A stretch of 32,000 bases of DNA, from contig JAVKCJ010000037.1 in NCBI GenBank assembly GCA_040222795.1, positions 18,798 to 50,797 on the forward strand, written 5' to 3'. Positions within the stretch are counted from its first letter, which is position 1, and each line of letters opens with the position of its first letter. This stretch comes from Salinisphaeraceae bacterium (GTDB taxonomy: Bacteria; Pseudomonadota; Gammaproteobacteria; Nevskiales; Salinisphaeraceae). The notes under the pieces were generated by a model. That model did not search any database and had not been told where the DNA came from. It was given only the letters and a program-made list of their open reading frames with translations. The translations under genes were made by a program, and so were the position numbers. Shown here piece after piece: positions 9,276 to 16,932 of this stretch.

Positions 9276-10453
9276 GTCATCAACGTAACTGGCGCCGGAC
9301 AATCGCCTTGCTGGGTTTGAGTCTGGCCGCCATCTGGCCAGCGACCTCGTCGGCCGACGATGATCTGATTTGCCCGAGCGCGGAAATCTGGGGCTCTTTC
9401 CTGTTTACCGGCATCTGCTGGGACTGCGTTCTTCCCATCCGCGTCTTCGCGGGGCAGATCGGCGATAGTGCCGGCGCGCCGGCAGGCGCGGCTGACAGCA
9501 CGGTTTGCCTCTGCGAGGACGAGCTCGGCGTCCCCGAGGTGGGTTTGACCACCGGCATGTGGCACCCAACCAAGATTCTCGAGATCACCCATACCCCGTA
9601 TTGCAGCCCCACGCTCGGCGGGGTTCGCTTGTCGGATTCGTTCAAGCTCCTAGGCGGCCGTTCTACCCAGGCCGGCGCCGGCGGTGGCGGCAAGGCCTTC
9701 TACAACTACCACATGTATGCCTTCCCGCTATTCGAGATCCTCGAGATCCTGATTGCGCCGATCTGTACGCCGGCCTCCTACACGGACTTCGATCTACTGT
9801 TCATCAGCGAGCTCGATCCCACCTGGAGCGACCCCGAGCTGACGCTCTTCGCGATCCCGGAGGCACTGTTGTTTACCGGCCCATCTGCAGCCCTGGCGTC
9901 GTTGGTCGACTGCCCAGCCGCGAGCGTTGGCAAGCCTATCGATGACATCTACTGGTTCGCCGGCTGCTGGGGCAACTTGTATCCCTTCTCCGGGCATATC
10001 AGCGGGGGCTCCAACCCCGTGCGTGACACCAGTCTTGCCGCCTCCCGTGCGATGGCCCAGCTGCACCGCCGCGGTCTTGCCAAGCGAACCGTCGGTGAGG
10101 ACACGATGTGCGAAAGCCAGTATTTCCCGCACATCAAGAAGAGCCAGTACAAGATGCAGATGATGTACCCGCGCACCGAGGCCGCGGGCTCACCCTTCAA
10201 CCCGACCGACTTCGAGAACACGAATACCGAAACCGGTGACGAAGCCTCCACGGATGATCGTGGTACCGAGTACACCGAGCTCACGCCGGGCCAGCGAAAC
10301 ACACTGGAGAATCCCGGGTCGTGGGGCGAAACAGACACCTGTTGCCATCGCATTGGCGAATCCACTTTCCGGTGGGGCGAATGGCGAAACAGGCCTGCCA
10401 AGGAGAATCACCTCTACCTGCTCTGGCAATGGGTGGATTGTTGCTTGAGGTGA
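9272..10453 (+). CDS. traU: F-type T4SS protein TraU
   Basis: ATGA overlap with traW. Signal peptide. Cys-rich N-terminus (LFTGICWDCVLPIRV) characteristic of TraU. Position is between traW and traN. Confidence 0.85.
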   Translation: MSHQRNWRRTIALLGLSLAAIWPATSSADDDLICPSAEIWGSFLFTGICWDCVLPIRVFAGQIGDSAGAPAGAADSTVCLCEDELGVPEVGLTTGMWHPTKILEITHTPYCSPTLGGVRLSDSFKLLGGRSTQAGAGGGGKAFYNYHMYAFPLFEILEILIAPICTPASYTDFDLLFISELDPTWSDPELTLFAIPEALLFTGPSAALASLVDCPAASVGKPIDDIYWFAGCWGNLYPFSGHISGGSNPVRDTSLAASRAMAQLHRRGLAKRTVGEDTMCESQYFPHIKKSQYKMQMMYPRTEAAGSPFNPTDFENTNTETGDEASTDDRGTEYTELTPGQRNTLENPGSWGETDTCCHRIGESTFRWGEWRNRPAKENHLYLLWQWVDCCLR

Positions 10454-10457
10454 GCCG

Positions 10458-13400
10458 ATGGCTTTCCCGACATTGAATCCTCTTCGAGTTCTGCCACTGC
10501 TTGGGGCTGTGGCGACGGCGTGTCAGCCCTGGATCCCAGCAATGGTGGTCCTGATGTCCGCGACACCGACTATCGCCCAGGCCCCTGCCGGCGACCCGGA
10601 GGAGTATCTGCGCCAGGGTGAGTCGTTCGGCGAAAGTCAGCGCTTGAATGCGCCCCGTCCGGGATTCTCTCCCGACAGCTATCAGATCACGGTGCCCAAT
10701 CGCGACGGCACCTCCACCCAGATGGACTTCGGGACCCGTCCCGATGGGACGACTTACTCGCCGTCGGATATCGACGGGTTGCGAAACTCCTACGGTGATA
10801 ATGCCGAGACCCGTCAGCAGGTTGATAACCGGCCACCTGATCCCGCCGCCGATACCGTTGATCCGGTGAAATCGGACCGCTCCCGCACCTCGATGGAGAA
10901 TGACCCGACGATCGCCCGGTCCGATCAATACCTGCAGGGTATGGAACGTGACGGTGGCTTTACCGCCCAAACCCAGCAGTGCCAGGTGGTTGAACCCCAG
11001 GACGATGGCAGCCCTCATGTCGAAGACCCCCGCGATTGCGTGAGTGTCGATGCCCCGGCCATCGCCGAGTGCACGATCGACAACGAGCTGCAGCTCTCGA
11101 CCACGGACAACCAGGCGGTGGCCCTGACGATCCTGATCGAGAAATCCGATTCCATGCGTGGCGGCAACCGGATGGAGGATGCTGCCAGCGCCACGGTTTC
11201 CGTAGCCCGGGCATTGGAATCCGCAGTGTTCACCGAATACTCGGTCCATGCCTATGCCCGCGGTGGCGACGACCCTGCTTCGGCTGATGGTATGGCCTCG
11301 AGCTACTCCTTGACCGCATTTCCCGAGAACATCAACGACCCTGGCGTCATTACTCGATATGCCGAGATAGAAGCGGACGCGAACTCGACGCCGACAGCCA
11401 GCGTCATGGATGCGGCGGCCAATGTCCTGGTCAGCAGCCGGCGGGAACCGCGCAAGCTCGTGCTTGTGCTCACCGATGGCCGGCCGAGCTTTGAACAGAC
11501 CTGTCCCAATGCCGCGGACTGCAATCCCCGAGGTGTTGCCGAGCACTACGCGGGCGAGGTCCAGGTGGCTGCGGTGGGCATTCAAAGCGATGCCGTTCAG
11601 GACGACTTCGATCTCTACCGTGTCGCCAACTCCAGTGGCCAGATAGCAGAAGCCGTTTTCGAGATCCTGTCAGAGGACCTTGGCTGGTTCCAGGTCTCCA
11701 ACGTCTGGAAGCCCGACACCTGCATCGAGACCGCCCAGGAGGTACAGAACGAGACCTTCGCCGGCGAGATTTCCTGCAGTGCGCCACCGGATAGCAGCGG
11801 CTGTGTGGAGATCGACGGCGTTCGCGTGTGTGAAGGTTCGACCTTCGCCGAGCAGATGTCCGAACCGCCGGTCGACAACGTACCGAAGGTTTGCGGTGCC
11901 ATCGAAGTCACCGATGTTGAGTATTGCTGGCGTGACTCCGATGGGTCTCAACAGTGCACCAACGACACCGACGAAGAGGCCCCGGGCCCGACACGCTGCG
12001 AGATATACCGGTCTGATCCCCAGTGCGGTATCAAGACCTCGCAGTGTGTCGAATCCACCCGCAATGAAGACGGTCAGTGCTACGTCTTCGAGGAGGTCTG
12101 GGATTGCGGCTTCCGTGAAGCCGGCCCGAACGTGACTCGTGACACCGAGGGCAATATCTATGAATGCGACGGTCAGTCGATGGGCTGCATTGACGGCAGC
12201 TGCATGGATGACCCCCAGGAGGAAAACCCGAATTTCGAGTCCATGGCCACGACCCTGCAGATGGTGGAATTCACCGCCCAGGACGAAGGCACCTGCGACA
12301 TCAACAACGGTTGTGAGCTCTTCCCTGGCGAAGCCTACTACTGTAAATCGGAGGTCTTCTACGGCGCCGAGAACTGTTGCGACGACACCCCTGAAGTCAA
12401 TTTCGTTGCCTACATCACCGCAGCAAAGCTCGCCTGGAAGGGGCTGAAGTCCGAGCAGATGGCCAACTGGATGGCCTCCTATGGCGTGGACTACATGGGC
12501 TATTGGCAGTCATTCCAGTCAGGGGCCTATGACGTCTACGGCTCCATTTCGAGCCACTTCACCAGCGCCTTCGGCTCCATGAGCGAAAGCTACGCCGGCC
12601 AGGCCGCGGTCAACCAGGGCGCTGCCAGTACCGCCGAGGCTGGATCTCAACTGGGCATTGATAGCATCAAGCAGGAAATCCTCAACCAGGTGCAACGGTG
12701 GATGGAGCGGTTCGCCCCGGCCATGCACGATGCCCTGTTTGCCGAAGGTGCACAGCAGGGTGGCCAGGCGGTGTTGTCTGATCAGGCCCAGCAGTACATT
12801 GGCTACGCCAGCTGGATCATGACAGCCTATTCCTATTACCAACTGGCCAAGTTCGCGATCACCATCATCGCCGACTGTCAGGATGATGAGCAGCCGTTGT
12901 TCAACATCAAGCGAGACAACCTACGCAGCTGCCATGTCCTTGGCGAGTATTGCCACCGTGATGATTTCTTCGGCAATTGCATCGAGCGTCGGTTGACGGG
13001 CTGCTGTTTCAACTCGCCCTTGTCGCGCATTCTTCAGCAGCAACTACACCAACAGCCGCATCTCGGGCTTTCCTGGGGAGATGTCCGTAACCCGAGCTGT
13101 GCTGCCATCCCGCTTGAAACGATGGCCCAGGTTCGCTGGGAGGATGTCGATCTCTCCGAATGGACCGACATTCTTTACGAAACCGGCATCGCGCCGAGGG
13201 CTGCCGATATGCAAGCCGCCGGCGCCCGCGACCAGAAGACCGCGAATGTCGATGACCCCAACTACTATCAGCCGCCCGATTCGGACGAACGCTACGATCG
13301 ACGCTCGACCGACCCTGAAAGTGGTGACCAGAGCTTCGATTTCTCTGAGATTCGCGACAAGAACGTGGAAGAGATGCGACGCCGCACCGATTCAGCTGAC

Positions 13401-13598
13401 GAAGCCAACAACGGCGAGAACAATCAGCCCAACGGTGGTGCTGCACAGAACCCCGACGCGGGAGCCGCCTCTCGTGCGTATGCGGTGCCGCCTTCCGGCC
13501 GCGCCGCGCTCCAGATTGAACAGGACGCCAACGGGGATGGCCGAATCGATATTCGCGACGGCGTCTGCAGCCTGTTCAACAACTGTCAGACTCAATGA
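10458..13598 (+). CDS. traN: Mating-pair stabilisation protein TraN (giant, 1046 aa)
   Basis: Long signal sequence and many Cys residues. Conserved C-terminal GCCFNSPLSRILQQQ box as in TraN. Size is comparable to R27 TrhN. Carries an internal vWA-like segment (see findings). Confidence 0.8.
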   Translation: MAFPTLNPLRVLPLLGAVATACQPWIPAMVVLMSATPTIAQAPAGDPEEYLRQGESFGESQRLNAPRPGFSPDSYQITVPNRDGTSTQMDFGTRPDGTTYSPSDIDGLRNSYGDNAETRQQVDNRPPDPAADTVDPVKSDRSRTSMENDPTIARSDQYLQGMERDGGFTAQTQQCQVVEPQDDGSPHVEDPRDCVSVDAPAIAECTIDNELQLSTTDNQAVALTILIEKSDSMRGGNRMEDAASATVSVARALESAVFTEYSVHAYARGGDDPASADGMASSYSLTAFPENINDPGVITRYAEIEADANSTPTASVMDAAANVLVSSRREPRKLVLVLTDGRPSFEQTCPNAADCNPRGVAEHYAGEVQVAAVGIQSDAVQDDFDLYRVANSSGQIAEAVFEILSEDLGWFQVSNVWKPDTCIETAQEVQNETFAGEISCSAPPDSSGCVEIDGVRVCEGSTFAEQMSEPPVDNVPKVCGAIEVTDVEYCWRDSDGSQQCTNDTDEEAPGPTRCEIYRSDPQCGIKTSQCVESTRNEDGQCYVFEEVWDCGFREAGPNVTRDTEGNIYECDGQSMGCIDGSCMDDPQEENPNFESMATTLQMVEFTAQDEGTCDINNGCELFPGEAYYCKSEVFYGAENCCDDTPEVNFVAYITAAKLAWKGLKSEQMANWMASYGVDYMGYWQSFQSGAYDVYGSISSHFTSAFGSMSESYAGQAAVNQGAASTAEAGSQLGIDSIKQEILNQVQRWMERFAPAMHDALFAEGAQQGGQAVLSDQAQQYIGYASWIMTAYSYYQLAKFAITIIADCQDDEQPLFNIKRDNLRSCHVLGEYCHRDDFFGNCIERRLTGCCFNSPLSRILQQQLHQQPHLGLSWGDVRNPSCAAIPLETMAQVRWEDVDLSEWTDILYETGIAPRAADMQAAGARDQKTANVDDPNYYQPPDSDERYDRRSTDPESGDQSFDFSEIRDKNVEEMRRRTDSADEANNGENNQPNGGAAQNPDAGAASRAYAVPPSGRAALQIEQDANGDGRIDIRDGVCSLFNNCQTQ

Positions 13599-14488
13599 CC
13601 AGCGTAGGCATATAGGCGAAGAGCCGGCACGATCGGCTCCTTCGCCAGTCGACGGCCGCCGCTTCGGGGTAGCCGCTTCTTTCGCTCGCGTTCATCCGGC
13701 GGGTAGGCGTCCAGCTCGTTATGCCGCACACCCGCGGCGCCAGGCCGCGCCGGATAGAGCAGGGGCAGGGCGGCATCGAACATCTGTCGCGTGGTCTCGT
13801 CATCAATCTTCCAGACCACGTTGGCCCGCACGGATGGCGCCACCGGCTTGACCACCGCCAATTCCTGATTCTCCGGCATCGCACTAAGGCGTGCCTGAGC
13901 CTGTTCCCGAACCCGATCCGAGAGGTGTTTCGCCCTCCGCACCATCGCCCGGCCTTGCGCCACATCCACCTTGCGGATCGAGCGATTACCACATGACCAG
14001 GTCAGGCTGATGGAGGCGGGCATCGGCTCCAGTACCCGAATCTGGCGATAGGTTTGTACAAGATGCACCCGCGCATTCCCCACCTGGGATAGTGCCTCAA
14101 CGACGGCAGGCGCTCGTCCTCTGTCCTCATTGATCAGTCGGTTGACGGCATCTTCTTTCCCCAATCCCTCGGGATGCCGGATCTCCAGCACGCGTTTTTT
14201 CACCCTGGATTTCCATTCGTTGACCCGGCGGGCACAGGCCAGGGTTTTCTCAGACACGCCCAGCGCGCCAGGGCAGCGATCGCTCCGGCTTTCCTCCTGA
14301 GACTCACGATATTCCAGTCGTCGGATCGCCGCGGCCGCGGCGGCATGCCTGGCGTTTTCCCGCCATGCCAACCAACCGGGATAGCCGGCTTGTTCGTCCT
14401 GGATCAATCGGCCTTCAAGCTCCGAGAGTGCCTCGGCAAGCCCATTGAAGGCTTCCAGAAGGGCGATGCGCATGTCATTTTTCATCAC
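13592..14488 (-). CDS. Tus-family (DNA replication terminus site-binding) protein homologue
   Basis: 298 aa against 309 aa for E. coli Tus, with collinear matches from memory. CPGALGV matches LPGVLCY. TYRQIRVLEPMPASISLTW matches AYRTLTVLHDPATLRFGW. MPENQELAVVKPVAPSVRANVVW matches [23 protein letters not shown]. The C-terminal IVPALRLYAYAGH matches IIPRLHLYVAD. The start is GTG 14488 or ATG 14485. Confidence 0.55.
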   Translation of the reverse strand: MMKNDMRIALLEAFNGLAEALSELEGRLIQDEQAGYPGWLAWRENARHAAAAAAIRRLEYRESQEESRSDRCPGALGVSEKTLACARRVNEWKSRVKKRVLEIRHPEGLGKEDAVNRLINEDRGRAPAVVEALSQVGNARVHLVQTYRQIRVLEPMPASISLTWSCGNRSIRKVDVAQGRAMVRRAKHLSDRVREQAQARLSAMPENQELAVVKPVAPSVRANVVWKIDDETTRQMFDAALPLLYPARPGAAGVRHNELDAYPPDERERKKRLPRSGGRRLAKEPIVPALRLYAYAGH

Positions 14489-14491
14489 CGC

Positions 14492-14506
14492 TATTATACC
14501 ATCCCC
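14492..14506 (-). promoter_or_regulatory. Left arm of the 15-bp perfect inverted repeat; extended -10 promoter facing the tus-like gene
   Basis: The minus strand reads GGGGATGGTATAATA and contains TGGTATAAT (TGnTATAAT). 7 nt separate the -10 from the A of ATG 14485. No Shine-Dalgarno sequence is present. Confidence 0.5.
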
Positions 14507-14623
14507 AGAGGAAGGGGTAGACGGACGTCTGTTTGCCGAACTTTTTTCTTCTATGCTCTTCTTCTATCCCCTATAACCGCCGCCGATCTTGTGCTACGAC
14601 GCGGACGGTCATGCAGCCCAAAA

Positions 14624-14638
14624 GGGGATGGTATAATA
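14624..14638 (+). promoter_or_regulatory. Right arm of the 15-bp perfect inverted repeat; extended -10 promoter facing the small basic ORF
   Basis: The plus strand reads GGGGATGGTATAATA. 6 nt separate the -10 from the A of ATG 14644. No Shine-Dalgarno sequence is present. Confidence 0.5.
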
Positions 14639-14643
14639 ACGAC

Positions 14644-14805
14644 ATGAAAGGCAAGACAACATCGGCGAGGCCACGAGTTCGCAATCGAGTCGCCCAGTCA
14701 GCCTGGGACCGGCAGAGCGGGCCACATGGCAAAACGCGCAAGGCGGATCGCCGTGCTGAGAAGATGGCCGATCGTCGTGCCCTTCGGGAGCGGCTGGACG
14801 ATTAG
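14644..14805 (+). CDS. Hypothetical small, highly basic protein (53 aa)
   Basis: ATG lies 6 nt after the extended -10. The protein is R/K-rich (MKGKTTSARPRVRNRV..RKADRRAEK..). Third-position GC is moderately coding-like. The region could instead be the 5' part of a non-coding antisense RNA. Confidence 0.35.
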   Translation: MKGKTTSARPRVRNRVAQSAWDRQSGPHGKTRKADRRAEKMADRRALRERLDD

Positions 14806-15911
14806 TCGTGCAATCGGCGGCCCACCCTGAGCACCGGGTCGAAGCTGTACAGATGTTCCCTGGGCGCGTTTCGGCAAGTCCCCACCAGGCGCCCGGGATG
14901 ACGCCAGCGAGACCCTTCGCGGATCTCCAGCTCGCCGCCACATAGCTTGCAGCGCCCCTCATAGGCGGACAGGCGCAACCGCTTGACCTCATAACCCCAC
15001 TGGTCCACACGCCGCTGTGGGTCATATTTGAACTCAAGCAGCAGGGTAGGGTGGTCAATGCGCGTTCGCATCCAGGCTGGGGCAACCACCACTCCAAGAC
15101 GTTGCACGCTGACGAACGCCCCGACTGAACGCCACAAGATCCAGCCGCTGAAAACGAGCACCACCATCGTGGTGACCCAAGGCCGCAGGCCTTCCTTGTC
15201 TGACGCGGTGATCACGGCGGCGTAGGCCACAACGATGCTCACAGCCACGATCAGGCTAACTGTCAGGTAGAAGAAGGCCCCCGACATACCTGCCAGTCTC
15301 AGGTTTCCCAGAAAGCGCCCGAGACGGGGCATCTCTGGCAGCCTCGACACTTCGTATCTCACCTCATTGTCGGCGAGCTTCGGGCTCGTGGCTTTGGGCG
15401 TGTCGTGGGCGTTCGACCGGGCACGGATCGCCAACCCATAGACAACCGCGTTGCCCGATCCGCCCGCACCGGCGTCGTAGCGAGCAAGCGCGACTTCAGC
15501 GGGAATCCCCGCGTCGGCCAGTCGCTCCTCCGCTACAGCCTTGGCTTCTTGCCACCAGCTACCCTCGCTCAGCGTCTTCCAGTAACGCCGAACCCGACCG
15601 GCAAACTCCGATCCGTAGTCCACCTCATAGCTGTCCGGCATGCGCCGACCGTTGCGAAGTTCGTAACCGGCCACGTAGAGTTCCCGGCCATCGAGCTCTT
15701 TTACCCAGCGACCGTCTGATGCCTGATCGCACAGGGCCATCGCCAGACATTGCGGCCAACGCTCTCGCCCGGGGCGATGCATGCTCTTGAGCACGTCGCT
15801 CACAACGGCCCAGTAGGCATCGACCGGGTTTTCAGCCCCCTTCTCGGACCCCTTGTAACCCCCATCGGGCGCTGTTTCGCTGCTCGTCGCCTCGCCAGAA
15901 TGAGCCTGCAT
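14802..15911 (-). CDS. Hypothetical membrane protein: N-terminal soluble domain, 2 TM helices, C-terminal zinc-ribbon-like domain
   Basis: 369 aa. TM segments GAFFYLTVSLIVAVSIVVAYAAVI and WVTTMVVLVFSGWILWRSVGAF. C-terminal CKLCGG..x21..C..x6..H. AGGT lies about 11 nt upstream of the ATG. I recognise no family. Confidence 0.6.
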   Translation of the reverse strand: MQAHSGEATSSETAPDGGYKGSEKGAENPVDAYWAVVSDVLKSMHRPGRERWPQCLAMALCDQASDGRWVKELDGRELYVAGYELRNGRRMPDSYEVDYGSEFAGRVRRYWKTLSEGSWWQEAKAVAEERLADAGIPAEVALARYDAGAGGSGNAVVYGLAIRARSNAHDTPKATSPKLADNEVRYEVSRLPEMPRLGRFLGNLRLAGMSGAFFYLTVSLIVAVSIVVAYAAVITASDKEGLRPWVTTMVVLVFSGWILWRSVGAFVSVQRLGVVVAPAWMRTRIDHPTLLLEFKYDPQRRVDQWGYEVKRLRLSAYEGRCKLCGGELEIREGSRWRHPGRLVGTCRNAPREHLYSFDPVLRVGRRLHD

Positions 15912-15931
15912 GTCTGATTACCTGAATTGAC

Positions 15932-15957
15932 GGCGGCCCGCCTGGGCCGCCTTTTTT
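15932..15957 (+). terminator. Canonical intrinsic terminator, oriented for the plus strand
   Basis: GGCGGCCC (15932-39), loop GCCT, GGGCCGCC (15944-51), then TTTTTT (15952-57). In minus sense the stem is followed by GUCAAUUC, a poor U-tract. Confidence 0.6.
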
Positions 15958-15960
15958 ATG

Positions 15961-16752
15961 TCATCGCCGGAAGTGAAGCACCCGCCCCTGGTTGAGATAG
16001 ATCGGAACCTGGTTCCGTCCTTTCTTCGGTGCCAGATAGATGTAGGCGTTGGCCGGCAGGCGCTGACTCCAGGCGCTCACGGCGCCGATCTCATGCCAAC
16101 GGGTCACCAGATTTCGATTCTGGTCATAAGCATTGAAGTAGCCCCGCACCATGTATGCCGGTCGCCCCCCTGCCAGCGGATTCCCTGGCGCCAGATCCGC
16201 GGTGACTTTGGCCGGAGCCCCACCACTGCAAATCTCAGTCGAGCACCCGCTGCCTTCCACGTAGATGCTGTCTCGCCGACGAACGCCCCTGCTGCCTTCG
16301 GGTATCCGACGCATGGTTAGGCCGGGGTTGAGCAGAAAATCATCGACATCACGCAGAATCATCTCGGTGACCATCGACTCGGCCCGTTCCGCGTCGCCAG
16401 CCTGTGCCTTGGGCACGATCACGGCCAACGCGTCGTTGCGAGCGATGTGCGGGGACGCGGCAAAGAAGCTGAGCAGATCGACGGCGCCAAACGCGGCGCC
16501 CTGCATCATGCCAAGCCCCGCGGTGACTGCCTCGGTCTCGCTGTCGAACTTGTCGTAGGCAGCCTGGCGTTCGATGGTTCGCTGCGTCTTGACGTCCTGC
16601 AGCGGCCCCTCCTCGTCGGTCAGCCCCTGGGCATGAGCGATATTCCATGCCCGGCTCTTGCTGGCCTGGTAATCCACTGTTTTCGGGGCACTGGCGCAAC
16701 CAGCCACTGCGGCAATCCCACACAGCAAAAGGACGGTCTTGATCGTGTTCAT
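15961..16752 (-). CDS. Hypothetical lipoprotein
   Basis: ATG 16752 is preceded by GGGAG at 8 nt. Signal peptide plus lipobox (LLLCGIAAVAGCAS). 263 aa. No recognised family. Confidence 0.65.
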   Translation of the reverse strand: MNTIKTVLLLCGIAAVAGCASAPKTVDYQASKSRAWNIAHAQGLTDEEGPLQDVKTQRTIERQAAYDKFDSETEAVTAGLGMMQGAAFGAVDLLSFFAASPHIARNDALAVIVPKAQAGDAERAESMVTEMILRDVDDFLLNPGLTMRRIPEGSRGVRRRDSIYVEGSGCSTEICSGGAPAKVTADLAPGNPLAGGRPAYMVRGYFNAYDQNRNLVTRWHEIGAVSAWSQRLPANAYIYLAPKKGRNQVPIYLNQGRVLHFRR

Positions 16753-16932
16753 TCTGGTAACTCCCAAGTGATGCGCGTCGCCGCGCTATCTCCCTTTGTG
16801 CCACGCCCCCGGTGATTTGCAACACCAGACCCAACATATCCCAAGGTAGCCTGTCCGCGTCGGGCGTCAGGGCTTAATCCCACCGAAAACGGCCGACTCT
16901 TCCACGCCCCTTGTCACCCGGTATGCGCTTTC

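Noticed and set aside
10281-11585. 434-aa minus-strand ORF, the longest antisense ORF in the track
   Set aside because: It lies entirely inside traN on the opposite strand. Its R/G/P/A-rich, low-complexity composition is typical of shadow ORFs in GC-rich DNA. It has no RBS or recognisable domain.
13081-13851. 256-aa plus-strand ORF spanning the traN 3' end and the tus-like gene
   Set aside because: It is out of frame with traN and antisense to the Tus-like gene. It is extremely R/P/A-rich and is interpreted as a GC-shadow ORF.
14492-14638. Direct equivalence of the 15-bp repeat to the E. coli Ter consensus
   Set aside because: Only GTAT..TAAC can be aligned, and with a 2-nt length difference. 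This is not sufficient, so the site is proposed only by positional analogy with TerB and the tus promoter.
14644-14805. Possible identity of the 53-aa basic protein as ArfA-like ribosome rescue factor or another known small basic protein
   Set aside because: Only compositional similarity (K/R richness) is present. The conserved KGKGSY-type block is absent, so the protein is left as hypothetical.
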